From an uncultured bacterium (GTDB lineage Bacteria; Krumholzibacteriota; Krumholzibacteriia; LZORAL124-64-63), in contig CALMJK010000005.1 in NCBI GenBank assembly GCA_937864225.1, forward strand, positions 456,212 through 520,211: 64,000 nt of DNA. Reading direction: 5' to 3'. Shown piece after piece: positions 8,361 through 17,100 of this stretch (its first letter is position 1; each line of letters starts with the position of its first letter). The notes below the pieces were generated by a model. That model was not told the DNA's origin, did no database searches, and saw only the letters and a program-made list of their open reading frames with translations. The position numbers and the translations under genes are program-made.

Positions 8361-9782
8361 ATGCCATCCACGCGTCGCAGCCCAGACCGCCGGCGCCGGC
8401 GCCGCCCCGGCGCGCGGCTGCTGTGGCTGGCCCTGCTGGTGGCGGCGGCCGGGACGTCGCTCTTGTGCTGGGCGCGCACGCCGCGCGGCGGCCGGGCGCT
8501 GCTGGCGTTGGGGGCGTCGCCGCCCTACGGGCCGGCGCAGCAGCGGATCGGAGCCGCCCTGCTCGGCGCGCTGCCCGGCGCCGCCGCCGCGCCGGTCCAC
8601 CACGCCCCGCTGTCCGAGGCCGGCAAGCAGGCGGCGGTCGAGTGCCGCGCCGTGTCGCTGCCGCCGGGCGACCGCCCCGCCGAGGTCCAGGCGCGCCTGG
8701 CGACGGCGGCGCGGGAGGCCGGTGGCGAGCTGCTCTGGGCGGAGGAGCTGCCGCGCCCCGCGGGCAGCGGCCCGCCCGGCGCCGGCGGGCGCGGCGACCC
8801 GCCCCGCCGCCTCGATTTCGGCCTGCGCGGCCGTCCGACCCACACGCTGGTTCTCCTGCCGTCCGACAGCCGGGATCTTCTGGTGCGCTGGGCACGGCCG
8901 GCGCCCGCGCCGCGGGCGGCCCCGGCCGCGGGCGAGGCAGATCCGATGCTGGCCATCGTCATCGACGACTGGGGCTGCTGCGACACCGCGCCCATGCGCG
9001 AACTGCTGTCCCTCGAGGAACCGTTGACCCTCGCGGTGATCCCTCACCAGCCGCACACGCGGCGCTACGCAGCGCTGGCCACGCCCGCGCCCGCGGCGGC
9101 GCCCGCGGAGGCGGCAGGCGAGCGCGCGCGCCGGAGCGAACGGCGGGCCCGCGGCTGCCGCGTGGAGGTCTCGCTGGCGTCGCCGTCCCGGCGAGGGATC
9201 GAGCCGATCGCCCCCCCGGCGCCGCGTCGCGAGGTGATCCTGCACCTGCCGATGGAGGCCGACGGGCACGACGCCAGGGACGGGGCGCTCGGCGCGGACG
9301 CGGTGCGGGTTGGTATGCCGGCCGGCGAAATCGCGCGGCGGCTCGCGGACGCTCTGGCCGACGTGCCCGGCGCCGCCGGGGTGAGCAACCACATGGGCAG
9401 CCGCGTCACCGCGGACTCGGCCGCAATGGACGCGGTGATGTCCGAACTGGCGCGCCGCCGGCTCTGGTTTCTCGACAGCCTCACGACCGCGCGATCGGTC
9501 GCGGCGGCCGCGGGCCGCCGCCACGGCGTGGCCGTCGTCGCGAATCACCTATTCCTGGACGAGGGCGAGCCGGACGCGCCGGAGATCCAGCGGCGGATCG
9601 AGCGCCTGGCGCGGATCGCCCGTGCCCAGGGCTGGGCCGTGGGGATCGGCCACCCGCGGCCCGCCACCGCCGCCGCGCTGCGGGAAGCGCTGCCGCGGCT
9701 GAGCGCCGACGGCATTCGTCTGGTCACGGTTGGCGAACTGCCCGATCTGCGCGGTGCACCGCCCGGGCCAGGCAGAGAATGA
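8361..9782 (+). CDS. Divergent polysaccharide deacetylase family protein (YibQ-like) with N-terminal membrane anchor and Pro/Ala/Arg-rich insertion
   Basis: …AIVIDDWGCCDTAPMRELL…LAVIPHQPH… and …NHMGSRVTADSAAMDAVM…LWFLDSLTTARSVA…VANHLFLDEGE… match the YibQ family blocks. Confidence 0.8.
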   Translation: MPSTRRSPDRRRRRRPGARLLWLALLVAAAGTSLLCWARTPRGGRALLALGASPPYGPAQQRIGAALLGALPGAAAAPVHHAPLSEAGKQAAVECRAVSLPPGDRPAEVQARLATAAREAGGELLWAEELPRPAGSGPPGAGGRGDPPRRLDFGLRGRPTHTLVLLPSDSRDLLVRWARPAPAPRAAPAAGEADPMLAIVIDDWGCCDTAPMRELLSLEEPLTLAVIPHQPHTRRYAALATPAPAAAPAEAAGERARRSERRARGCRVEVSLASPSRRGIEPIAPPAPRREVILHLPMEADGHDARDGALGADAVRVGMPAGEIARRLADALADVPGAAGVSNHMGSRVTADSAAMDAVMSELARRRLWFLDSLTTARSVAAAAGRRHGVAVVANHLFLDEGEPDAPEIQRRIERLARIARAQGWAVGIGHPRPATAAALREALPRLSADGIRLVTVGELPDLRGAPPGPGRE

Positions 9783-10458
9783 TCGTCGCCTCCAGGCCCG
9801 CCAGCGCCAGGTCCGCGCCACGCAGCAGCCACAGCTGGCGCTGCAACTGGGCCTCGAGTTGCGGCGATTCCTGCGCGAAGAAGAGCGCCACCGCGCGCGA
9901 CGCCCCCGGCACGAAGTAGCTGTAGGCCTGGATCTGGATCGTCAGCAGCGTGCGGGAGACGTTGCCCAGGACGTCCACCCAGGCGCCCAGCAGCGGCTGG
10001 ATCGACGTGCCGTGGAAGAGCAGTTGGAGCGGCACGAGCAGCAGCAGTGCGCCGCGGGCTGCCCCCGCCCCGGGCAGCTCCGGCCGCTCGGGCGACCGCC
10101 GCCGTCGCCGGGCCCAGGGCGCCAGCGCCAGAACGAAAAAGAGAGGCGCGGCCAGCCAGCGGTCCGGCCGGCGGTGGGCCGCCACGAGCGAGCGCGCGAA
10201 TCCGTCCGCGGCGAAGTCGATCTCCGTCGTGTACTCGCGGGACAAGCGGCTGAACGTGGAGTCGGGCAGGTCGGGGCGCAACGGGCGCGTGACCGCGGTC
10301 GTGACGGCCGGGGCGACCCAGGCCGGCACACCCGGCCGGGTGCAAAGCGGGGGCAGGGTGCCGAGCAGACCGACGAGCCCAACGGCCGTCAACCCCCAGC
10401 GCAGGCGATCCGGCCAGCGGGCGGGGGCGGGGCGAGGCGGGGACTGCGGCGTCGGCAT
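9724..10458 (-). CDS. Hypothetical polytopic membrane protein (3' terminal 244 codons of the 1233-aa antisense track ORF)
   Basis: ATG MPTPQSPP at 10458 (minus); 4-5 hydrophobic helices; lies in the only gap between deacetylase and the secD promoter; alternative frames here are P/R/S-rich junk. Confidence 0.4.
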   Translation of the reverse strand: MPTPQSPPRPAPARWPDRLRWGLTAVGLVGLLGTLPPLCTRPGVPAWVAPAVTTAVTRPLRPDLPDSTFSRLSREYTTEIDFAADGFARSLVAAHRRPDRWLAAPLFFVLALAPWARRRRRSPERPELPGAGAARGALLLLVPLQLLFHGTSIQPLLGAWVDVLGNVSRTLLTIQIQAYSYFVPGASRAVALFFAQESPQLEAQLQRQLWLLRGADLALAGLEATIILCLARAVHRADRAVRQP

Positions 10459-10559
10459 GGTGCAATTCCCAGGTTCGTTTTCATCGCGCCGGCGCGGCGC
10501 GCCCTCGCGCGAATGTACGACGACCGGAGCCGGGCGTCCAGGGCCGGGGTTGAGCGGGA

Positions 10560-10587
10560 TTGACACCCCCGTCCGGCGGGCTATACT
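10560..10587 (+). promoter_or_regulatory. Strong sigma70 promoter TTGACA-N16-TATACT upstream of secD (~155-nt leader)
   Basis: Sequence read directly at 10560-10565 and 10582-10587. Confidence 0.5.
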
Positions 10588-10743
10588 TTGGGCCCCTGCG
10601 GCTGAGTGGGCGCGCGCGACGCCTCGAGCGGAACTTGCCGCGCGGCGGGAGGCCTGGCTCGAGGGCGTGTTTTTTTGTGTCCGGAGCGCCGTCGCGAGCG
10701 GCCGCGTGGGTTTCCTTCTCATCGCCGAGCCGGAGCGAGGTCC

Positions 10744-12441
10744 ATGAATCGTACCCAACAGATCAGGTTTGGCCTGACCGCCGCCCTGACCCTCCTGTCG
10801 ATCTACCTGCTCATCCCCACGTTCCGCGCGGCCGGCATTTCTCAGGCCGACCGCGCCGCCGCGGCGAGCGATCCGGACGCGAAGGCCCGGATCGACGGCA
10901 TCGATGCCCGGGCCATCCGGCGCGGGCTCGACCTGCAGGGCGGCATGTACCTGGTGCTCGAGGTCGAGCAGGAGGGGATGACCGGCGACCAGGCGCAGGA
11001 CGCCCTGCGTCGCGTGCGGGAGATCATCACCAATCGCGTGGATCAGTTCGGCGTGAGCGAGCCGGTCATCCAGACGCAGGGCAACAGCCGCATCATCGTG
11101 CAGTTGCCCGGCCTGCAGGATCCGGAGCGCGCCAAGAGCCTGATCGGCCGCACGGCGCGGCTGGAGTTCCGCCTGGTGCGAGCCCTCGAGGAGATTCCCG
11201 GGGTAGTGGCGCGGCTGGACGAGGCCTTCCGCGCGGCCGGCGCCGCGCGCGGCGACACGAGCGCGCTCGCCAGCGCGCCCTTGGCCTCTGGCGAGCCCGC
11301 CGACCCGGGCGCCGCGGCGTCGGATCTGCCGCAGCTGCCCACGCCGGTGGATCGCGACGAGGACGCCCAGTACGTGCGCGACCATCCGTTCTCGGCCTAC
11401 GTCTCGCAGGACGAGGACTTCGCGCGCATGTACGGCACGCCGCTCTACTCCGAAGAAGGCGATGTCGCGCGCGTGGAGAGCCTGCTGCAGCAGCCCGCGG
11501 CGCGGGTGCTGGGCACCGCTCTCGAGTTCCAGTACGACACCGAGGCCTTGACCTACGGTGCCTTGCGCGTGCGTCCGCTCTATCTGCTCAACGCGACGCC
11601 CAGCCTCACGGGGGATCGGCTGACCAACGCGCGCAGCGCGCCCGACCCGGAGCGGCCGGGCGGCTGGCAGGTCGAGATGACGCTCGACCGGCGCGGCGCG
11701 CGCGAGTTCGCGCGGGTCACGGGCGAGAACGTGGGACGCAACCTGGCCATCACGCTCGACGGCCGGGTCGCCTCGGCGCCGAACATCCGCACCAAGATCC
11801 CCAGCGGCAAGGCGTCGATCAGCGGCAGCTTCACCAACGTCGAGGCCGCGGATCTCGCCCTGCTCCTGCGCGCGGGAGCCCTGCCGGCCAACGTGCGGAT
11901 CGAAGAAGAGCGCACGGTGGGGCCGGGCCTGGGACGCGACTCCATCCGCCTGGGCGTGCGCGCCGGCCTGATCGGCGCGGCGCTGGTCGTGCTCTTCATG
12001 ATCATCTACTACCGGTTCTCCGGCGTGATCGCCGTGGTCGGGCTGATCGTCAACCTGCTGATCCTGATGGCGGCCCTGGCCCAGTTCGGCCTCACGCTCA
12101 CGCTCCCCGGCATCGCGGGCATCGTGCTCACGGTCGGCATGGCCGTCGACGCCAACGTGCTGATCAACGAGCGCATCCGCGAGGAGCTGCGCAAGAACAA
12201 GACCGTGCGCGCGGCGGTGGACTCCGGTTTCAACAACGCCATGCGCACGATCCTCGACGCCAACATCACGACCCTCATCACGGGCATCATCCTGCTCTGG
12301 TTCGGCACCGGCCCGATCAAGGGCTTCGCGGTGACCTTGAGCATCGGCATCTGCACGACCGTGTTCGTCGCGCTGGTTTTGAACCGCGCGATCATGGAGT
12401 CCCTCGCGCGCGATCCGGCGCGCACGACGCTGAGCATCTGA
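10744..12441 (+). CDS. secD: Protein translocase subunit SecD
   Basis: MNRTQQIRFGLTAALTLLSIYLL…LDLQGGMYLVLEV…NRVDQFGVSEPVIQ…; C-terminal 6 TM; start at MNRTQ rather than track 10606. Confidence 0.9.
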   Translation: MNRTQQIRFGLTAALTLLSIYLLIPTFRAAGISQADRAAAASDPDAKARIDGIDARAIRRGLDLQGGMYLVLEVEQEGMTGDQAQDALRRVREIITNRVDQFGVSEPVIQTQGNSRIIVQLPGLQDPERAKSLIGRTARLEFRLVRALEEIPGVVARLDEAFRAAGAARGDTSALASAPLASGEPADPGAAASDLPQLPTPVDRDEDAQYVRDHPFSAYVSQDEDFARMYGTPLYSEEGDVARVESLLQQPAARVLGTALEFQYDTEALTYGALRVRPLYLLNATPSLTGDRLTNARSAPDPERPGGWQVEMTLDRRGAREFARVTGENVGRNLAITLDGRVASAPNIRTKIPSGKASISGSFTNVEAADLALLLRAGALPANVRIEEERTVGPGLGRDSIRLGVRAGLIGAALVVLFMIIYYRFSGVIAVVGLIVNLLILMAALAQFGLTLTLPGIAGIVLTVGMAVDANVLINERIREELRKNKTVRAAVDSGFNNAMRTILDANITTLITGIILLWFGTGPIKGFAVTLSIGICTTVFVALVLNRAIMESLARDPARTTLSI

Positions 12442-12510
12442 CGCCGTCCGGGACGGCGGCCGGCCGGCGCGCGGTCCGACGGCGCGCGGGACGGGAAAGG
12501 TCCGGAAGAC

Positions 12511-13437
12511 ATGTTGCAGCTCTTCCACAACGCGAACTACGACATCATGGGGAAGATGAAGGTGGCCTTCATCCTCTCCGCCCTCATCATCGGCGCCGGT
12601 CTGGTGTCGCTGGTGGCGCGCGGCGGGCCGCGCTGGAGCATCGACTTCACCGGCGGCTCGGTGCTGCAGGTGGTCATCCAGCCCACGCCCGGCACGGCCG
12701 AGGTGCGGCGCATCATCGCGGGCGCCGGCTTCCGGGACGCCCAGGTGCAGGACTTCGGTTCGCCGCAGGAGTTCCTCATCACGCTGCCCGGCGTCGAAAG
12801 CGGCGGGACGAGCGCGGCCAACCAGGCCGAGGCGGCCCTGCGGGCGGCGCTGCCGCAGGCGCAGGTCGAGTTGCGTCGCGAGGAGAAGGTCGGCCCCAAG
12901 ATCGGCGGCGAGCTCAAGACCGCGGCCCTCAACTCGGTGCTGGCCGCCTGCTTCCTGGTCGTGGGCTACCTGAGCGTGCGCTTCATCTTCCGGTACGGCG
13001 TGGCGGCGCTGCTGGCCACGCTGCACGACGTGATCATCACGCTGGGCGTGTTCTCGCTCCTGAACAAGGAGATCTCCCTGTCCATCGTCGCGGCGTTCCT
13101 GACGATCATCGGCTACTCCCTCAACGACACGATCGTGGTCTTCGACCGGATCCGGGAGAACATGCGGCTGCGCCGGCGCGAGGGGTATCGCGAGGTGCTC
13201 AACCGCTCCATCAACGAGACCCTCAGCCGCACCGTGCTGACCGCGGGCACCACGCTGCTGACCGCGTTCACCCTCTGGTTGCTGGGCGGCCCGGTCATTC
13301 ACGATTTCGCCTTCTGCATGACTTTCGGCGTGCTGACGGGGACCTTCTCGTCGATCTTCATCGCCTCCCCCCTGCTGCTGCTGTGGCACGAGCGGGCGGC
13401 GCGCGGCGAGCGGCGGCGGGCGCAACCGGCCATGTAG
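12511..13437 (+). CDS. secF: Protein translocase subunit SecF
   Basis: FDIMGK…IDFTGGS…LNDTIVVFDRIREN… SecF signatures. Confidence 0.9.
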   Translation: MLQLFHNANYDIMGKMKVAFILSALIIGAGLVSLVARGGPRWSIDFTGGSVLQVVIQPTPGTAEVRRIIAGAGFRDAQVQDFGSPQEFLITLPGVESGGTSAANQAEAALRAALPQAQVELRREEKVGPKIGGELKTAALNSVLAACFLVVGYLSVRFIFRYGVAALLATLHDVIITLGVFSLLNKEISLSIVAAFLTIIGYSLNDTIVVFDRIRENMRLRRREGYREVLNRSINETLSRTVLTAGTTLLTAFTLWLLGGPVIHDFAFCMTFGVLTGTFSSIFIASPLLLLWHERAARGERRRAQPAM

Positions 13438-13465
13438 GCCGGGGCGCCGGCGGCGATCCCTTCAA

Positions 13466-13491
13466 CAGGCGCGGCCCACGGGCCGCGCCTG
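13466..13491 (+). terminator. Perfect 11-bp GC hairpin (CAGGCGCGGCC-CACG-GGCCGCGCCTG) after secF, no U-tract
   Basis: Inverted repeat read directly. Confidence 0.45.
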
Positions 13492-13685
13492 CGCCTTGGC
13501 GGGGATTGTCTTCTATTGGGGCCGGATCGCCCTCTGGCCGCCACGGCGCCGCGCCGGCGCTTTCCCGCGCGGCCCGCGTGCGTTAGAATGGCGTGGTTCG
13601 GCGCCGGCCGGGTCTGGCACGGCCCTTGCGCCGTGGGCAAAGGCATCCGGAGTCCCTACCTTGTCCCGCACGCGAAGGCGTCCCC

Positions 13686-14141
13686 GTGCAGCGAGGCCCC
13701 GACAACAAGCGTTCCCTGTGGCTGGCCGTGGCGCTGGTCGGTGCCCTGGCGGGCGCAGCCGCGGCGGCGCCGGCGGCCGATCCCGCTCAAGACGCCTTCA
13801 GCGCGATCGCGCGGGCTTGGCTCGTGGAGGATCACGCGGCGTTGGCGAATCTGATCGCGCCCGACGGTGCGGAGATCGCGCTGGGCCCGCGGCCGGGGGC
13901 GCGCCGTTACAGCGCCAGCCAGGCGTTCTATTTCTTCAAGACCCTTTTCCGGTCCACCGACACGGATGCCTTCCGCTTCTCGCTGCAGCGCTCCGAGTCG
14001 GACGCTGCCCTCGCGCACGCGGTGGCCGACTGGAGCTACCGCCGGGCCGGGCAGGAGGGGGCGCGCGTCGAGCGCCTGGTCTTCACCCTCGCGCGGGGAG
14101 AGACGGGTTGGGGTCTGACCGACATCCACGCCATCCGCTGA
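13686..14141 (+). CDS. Secreted NTF2/SnoaL-like (DUF4783-like) protein, hypothetical
   Basis: GTG start VQRGPDNKRSLWLAVALVGALAGAAAA signal peptide; track ORF starts earlier (13593) in R-rich leader. Confidence 0.6.
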   Translation: MQRGPDNKRSLWLAVALVGALAGAAAAAPAADPAQDAFSAIARAWLVEDHAALANLIAPDGAEIALGPRPGARRYSASQAFYFFKTLFRSTDTDAFRFSLQRSESDAALAHAVADWSYRRAGQEGARVERLVFTLARGETGWGLTDIHAIR

Positions 14142-14172
14142 CCCGCCGGACGCGGCCGCGCGTCGCCCGCCG

Positions 14173-17100
14173 ATGAGCCGCGCACTGGCCAGCCGAGCCG
14201 TGCCCCTGGTCGCCCTTCTGCTGCAGGCGGGGTCGGTGCTGGTTTCCGCCGGGACGCAGCGGCTGCCGGCGCCGGCGTGGCCCGTGGCCGCGGCGGCGGT
14301 CGCGCTCGTCGCCGTGGCGGCCGTGGGCTGGTCGTGGCCGGCCGCCCCGCACCGGCGCCGCCCGGCCCTGGCGCTGCTGATCGCCGCGCAACTCGCGCTG
14401 GTCGCACTCTTCTGGGCGGCCCGCCCCGAGCGAGCTTCCGACACCACCTGGGTCGAGGCCCGGCGGCGGGATCTGTCGGCCCGCGCCGTCGCGCTGGAAC
14501 CGATCGTCGAGCGATTGGGCCTCGCGCTGGACGGTGTGGCGGCGGCCGCCGGCCGGACCCCGGGCGCCGACGCCTTCGACCTGGTCGAGACGCTCGCGAG
14601 CGAATGGACCCGCGACCGACAGACGGCGGCGGTCTGGCCCTTGGCCGTCGTCCTCTGGCGGGACGGCGAGCGCCTGGCATGGAGCAGCCGGGCCCAGCCG
14701 CTGCCCCCGCCGGGGCCGGACGCCGTGAACGCCGAGGGGCGCGGCGGTCGCGTGGCGGCCGGCCGCGACGGCTGGTACTGGCGCCGCTATCACCGCCTGC
14801 CCGGAGCCGCCGGGGGGCCGGCCGTGCTCGAGCTGCAGCTCTGGCTCGCGCCCCAGGAAGGGGCGGCGGGCGCCGGGCAGGTGACGCTGGCCGGAGCGGC
14901 ATCGCCGGCGTCGCGCGTGGAGCCGGGGGCGGTCGCCGAGCCGCTGCGCCTCGAGGGCGACGCGCGCGCGGGGCTGATGGCGACGCTGGCCCGTCCCCTG
15001 CCCGATCCGGGAGACGACGGCTTCGCGCGGCGCCTGCGCCTTGTGCTGGCGGAGCCGGCCCGCGGCATGGCCGCCCACGCGCCGGCGGCGCGCCGGCTCG
15101 TGGCGCTGCTGGCGGTCTGGGCCGTGGCGCTGGCGGCGTGGGGAGCGGCCGTGGCGGGCACGAGCGGAGCGCTGGCCGGCGCGTGGGCGGCCCGCCTGCT
15201 GTGTGCCCGCGTCGACTTGCTGCGCTGGGCGCAGCCGGCCTCCGGGCGCGAGATCTCGACGGTCTCGCCCGAGGGGCTGTCCAGCCTGATCGACCCCGCG
15301 TATTTCGCCACTCCGGCCCTGGGAGGCCTGCTGGCTTCCGTCGCGGACGCCCTGGCCACGGCGCTCTTGCTGGCCGCGACGGCGGCGCTGCTTTGGCGGC
15401 GCACGTCGGCGCGCACGGCGCCGGCGTCGCCCGCCGGCCGCGCGCGGCGGGCGGACTTCGCAACCGCGGCGCTGTGGGGCCTGGCCGCCGTCGCCGTCTT
15501 GCTGGCCACGCGCTGGCTGGCGCTGACGCTGGCCGAAAGCGCCAATCCCCGGCTGATCGGCCCGAGGATCCCGTACCGCCATCTCAGCTTCTGGGCCTTG
15601 CACCTGAGCCTGCTGGCGGCGTGCGCGTCGCTCGTGGGACTGCTGCACCGGGGCGCGACCCGGCTGGGGCGAGGGTGGGGCGTCGCACTGAGTGTCGCGG
15701 TCGCGGTCGTCGCGGGCGGCGCCGCGGCGCGCGGACTCGACGGGGTGGCACGCGTCGCCCTACTGCTGGCCTCGCTGCTGCTCTGCGGAGGCGGCGCCCT
15801 GGCGCGCAAGGCGACGCCGACCGCGCGCCGGCTCGCCCTGCTGGCGCCGGCCCTGGTGACCGTGACCTGGATCTACGGTTCCCTCGCCGAGGCGTACCGC
15901 CGGGCCGAAACGGCTTGGCTGGAGCGCAAGGCGGCGGAGATCGTCGCGCCGCAGCAGGAGTGGCTGAGCTTTCTGCTGGGCGACGCGCTGGCGGGCATGG
16001 CGGCCGCCGACGCGCAAAGCGAAGGGCAGATCGCCGCCGTCTCGGTCGCCTCTGCCGAATTGTGGCGCAACTGGCCGGCGTTCGATCTGTGGCGACGTTC
16101 GACCGTGCGCGATCTGGGCCTGCCGTGCTTGGTCGAGCTGATCGACGGCGAAGGACGCGGCGAAAGCTTCTTCGCCTCCGGCTTCTTTCGCGACTTCGGC
16201 TACGAAGTGGGCGAGCGGCAGCCGTGGGTTTCGCTGGAACCGCGAGGGGAGCAGACGCCGGCCGGCGCGGAGATCCGCGCCCAAGCCGAGCGCAGGCGCT
16301 TCCCGGCCGGCGACGAATGGATCCTGCGCGGCGAGATCGCGCGCGCGAACGGGTCCGGGTGGATCCGTCTGGAACTGCCGATGCAGTCGCGACGCATCGC
16401 CACGCTGCTGGCGGGTCTGGAGGGAGCGGCGGCGGCTGGGCCCGGCCCGGCCTACCAGCCGCGGGCCGAGGTGGACCGTGGCGTCCTGCTCGTGCGCGGC
16501 GGCGCGCGCGGCTGGCTCGACGCGGGCTCGGGGCCGTTTCCCGACGTGGCGGCCGAGAGGGTGATCGCCGCGCGCGGAGCCCCGGGCGCGCCGTGGACCA
16601 CCGTGCGCGCGGGCGAGACCTCCTATCGTTGCGTCTGGCAGCCGGTGCCCGCCGCGCGCGCCACCGAGGCGGGCGAGGGCTTCCTGCTGGGGGTCGAAGA
16701 GCCCGGCTTCGGCGACCGCCTGCTCGATCTTTCCCGGCTCAGCCTGCTGCACCTGCTTTTGGCGGCCGTTCTCGTCGTCCCCGTGCTGCTGGGACGGCTG
16801 GCGCGCCGGGGGCGCCCGCTCGCGCTCGGTTTCCAGGAGCGGTTCTTCGCCGCCTACCTGGTGCTGGGGATGTTGCCGCTGTTGCTCGCGGGCACCTTCA
16901 TCGACCGACTCACCGTGCAGGGGCTCGCGGCCGCGGCGCGCGCCCAGGCCAGGGACGGGTTGGAGGCGGCCCTGGCGCAGCTGCAGGGGCTGCTGGGAGA
17001 GCAGGCCCGGGCCCTGGCCGGCAGCGAGTACATTGCGGATCTGCTGGCAAGCCGCATGGAAGGCTTGCGACCGGTGGGACCGTTCGAAGCGCGACAGGCG

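Noticed and set aside
7320-9548. 742-aa minus-strand ORF plus alternative plus frames 8321..9919 and 8350..9027
   Set aside because: Overlap two lipoprotein genes and the YibQ-like deacetylase; Arg/Pro/Ala-rich, no domains. The deacetylase frame (8361..9782) has clear family motifs.
10459-13425. Bulk of the 1233-aa minus-strand ORF (track 9724..13425)
   Set aside because: Antisense to clear secD and secF genes; R/A/G/H-rich low-complexity translation typical of GC-driven spurious ORFs. Only its 3' 244 codons are considered a possible gene.
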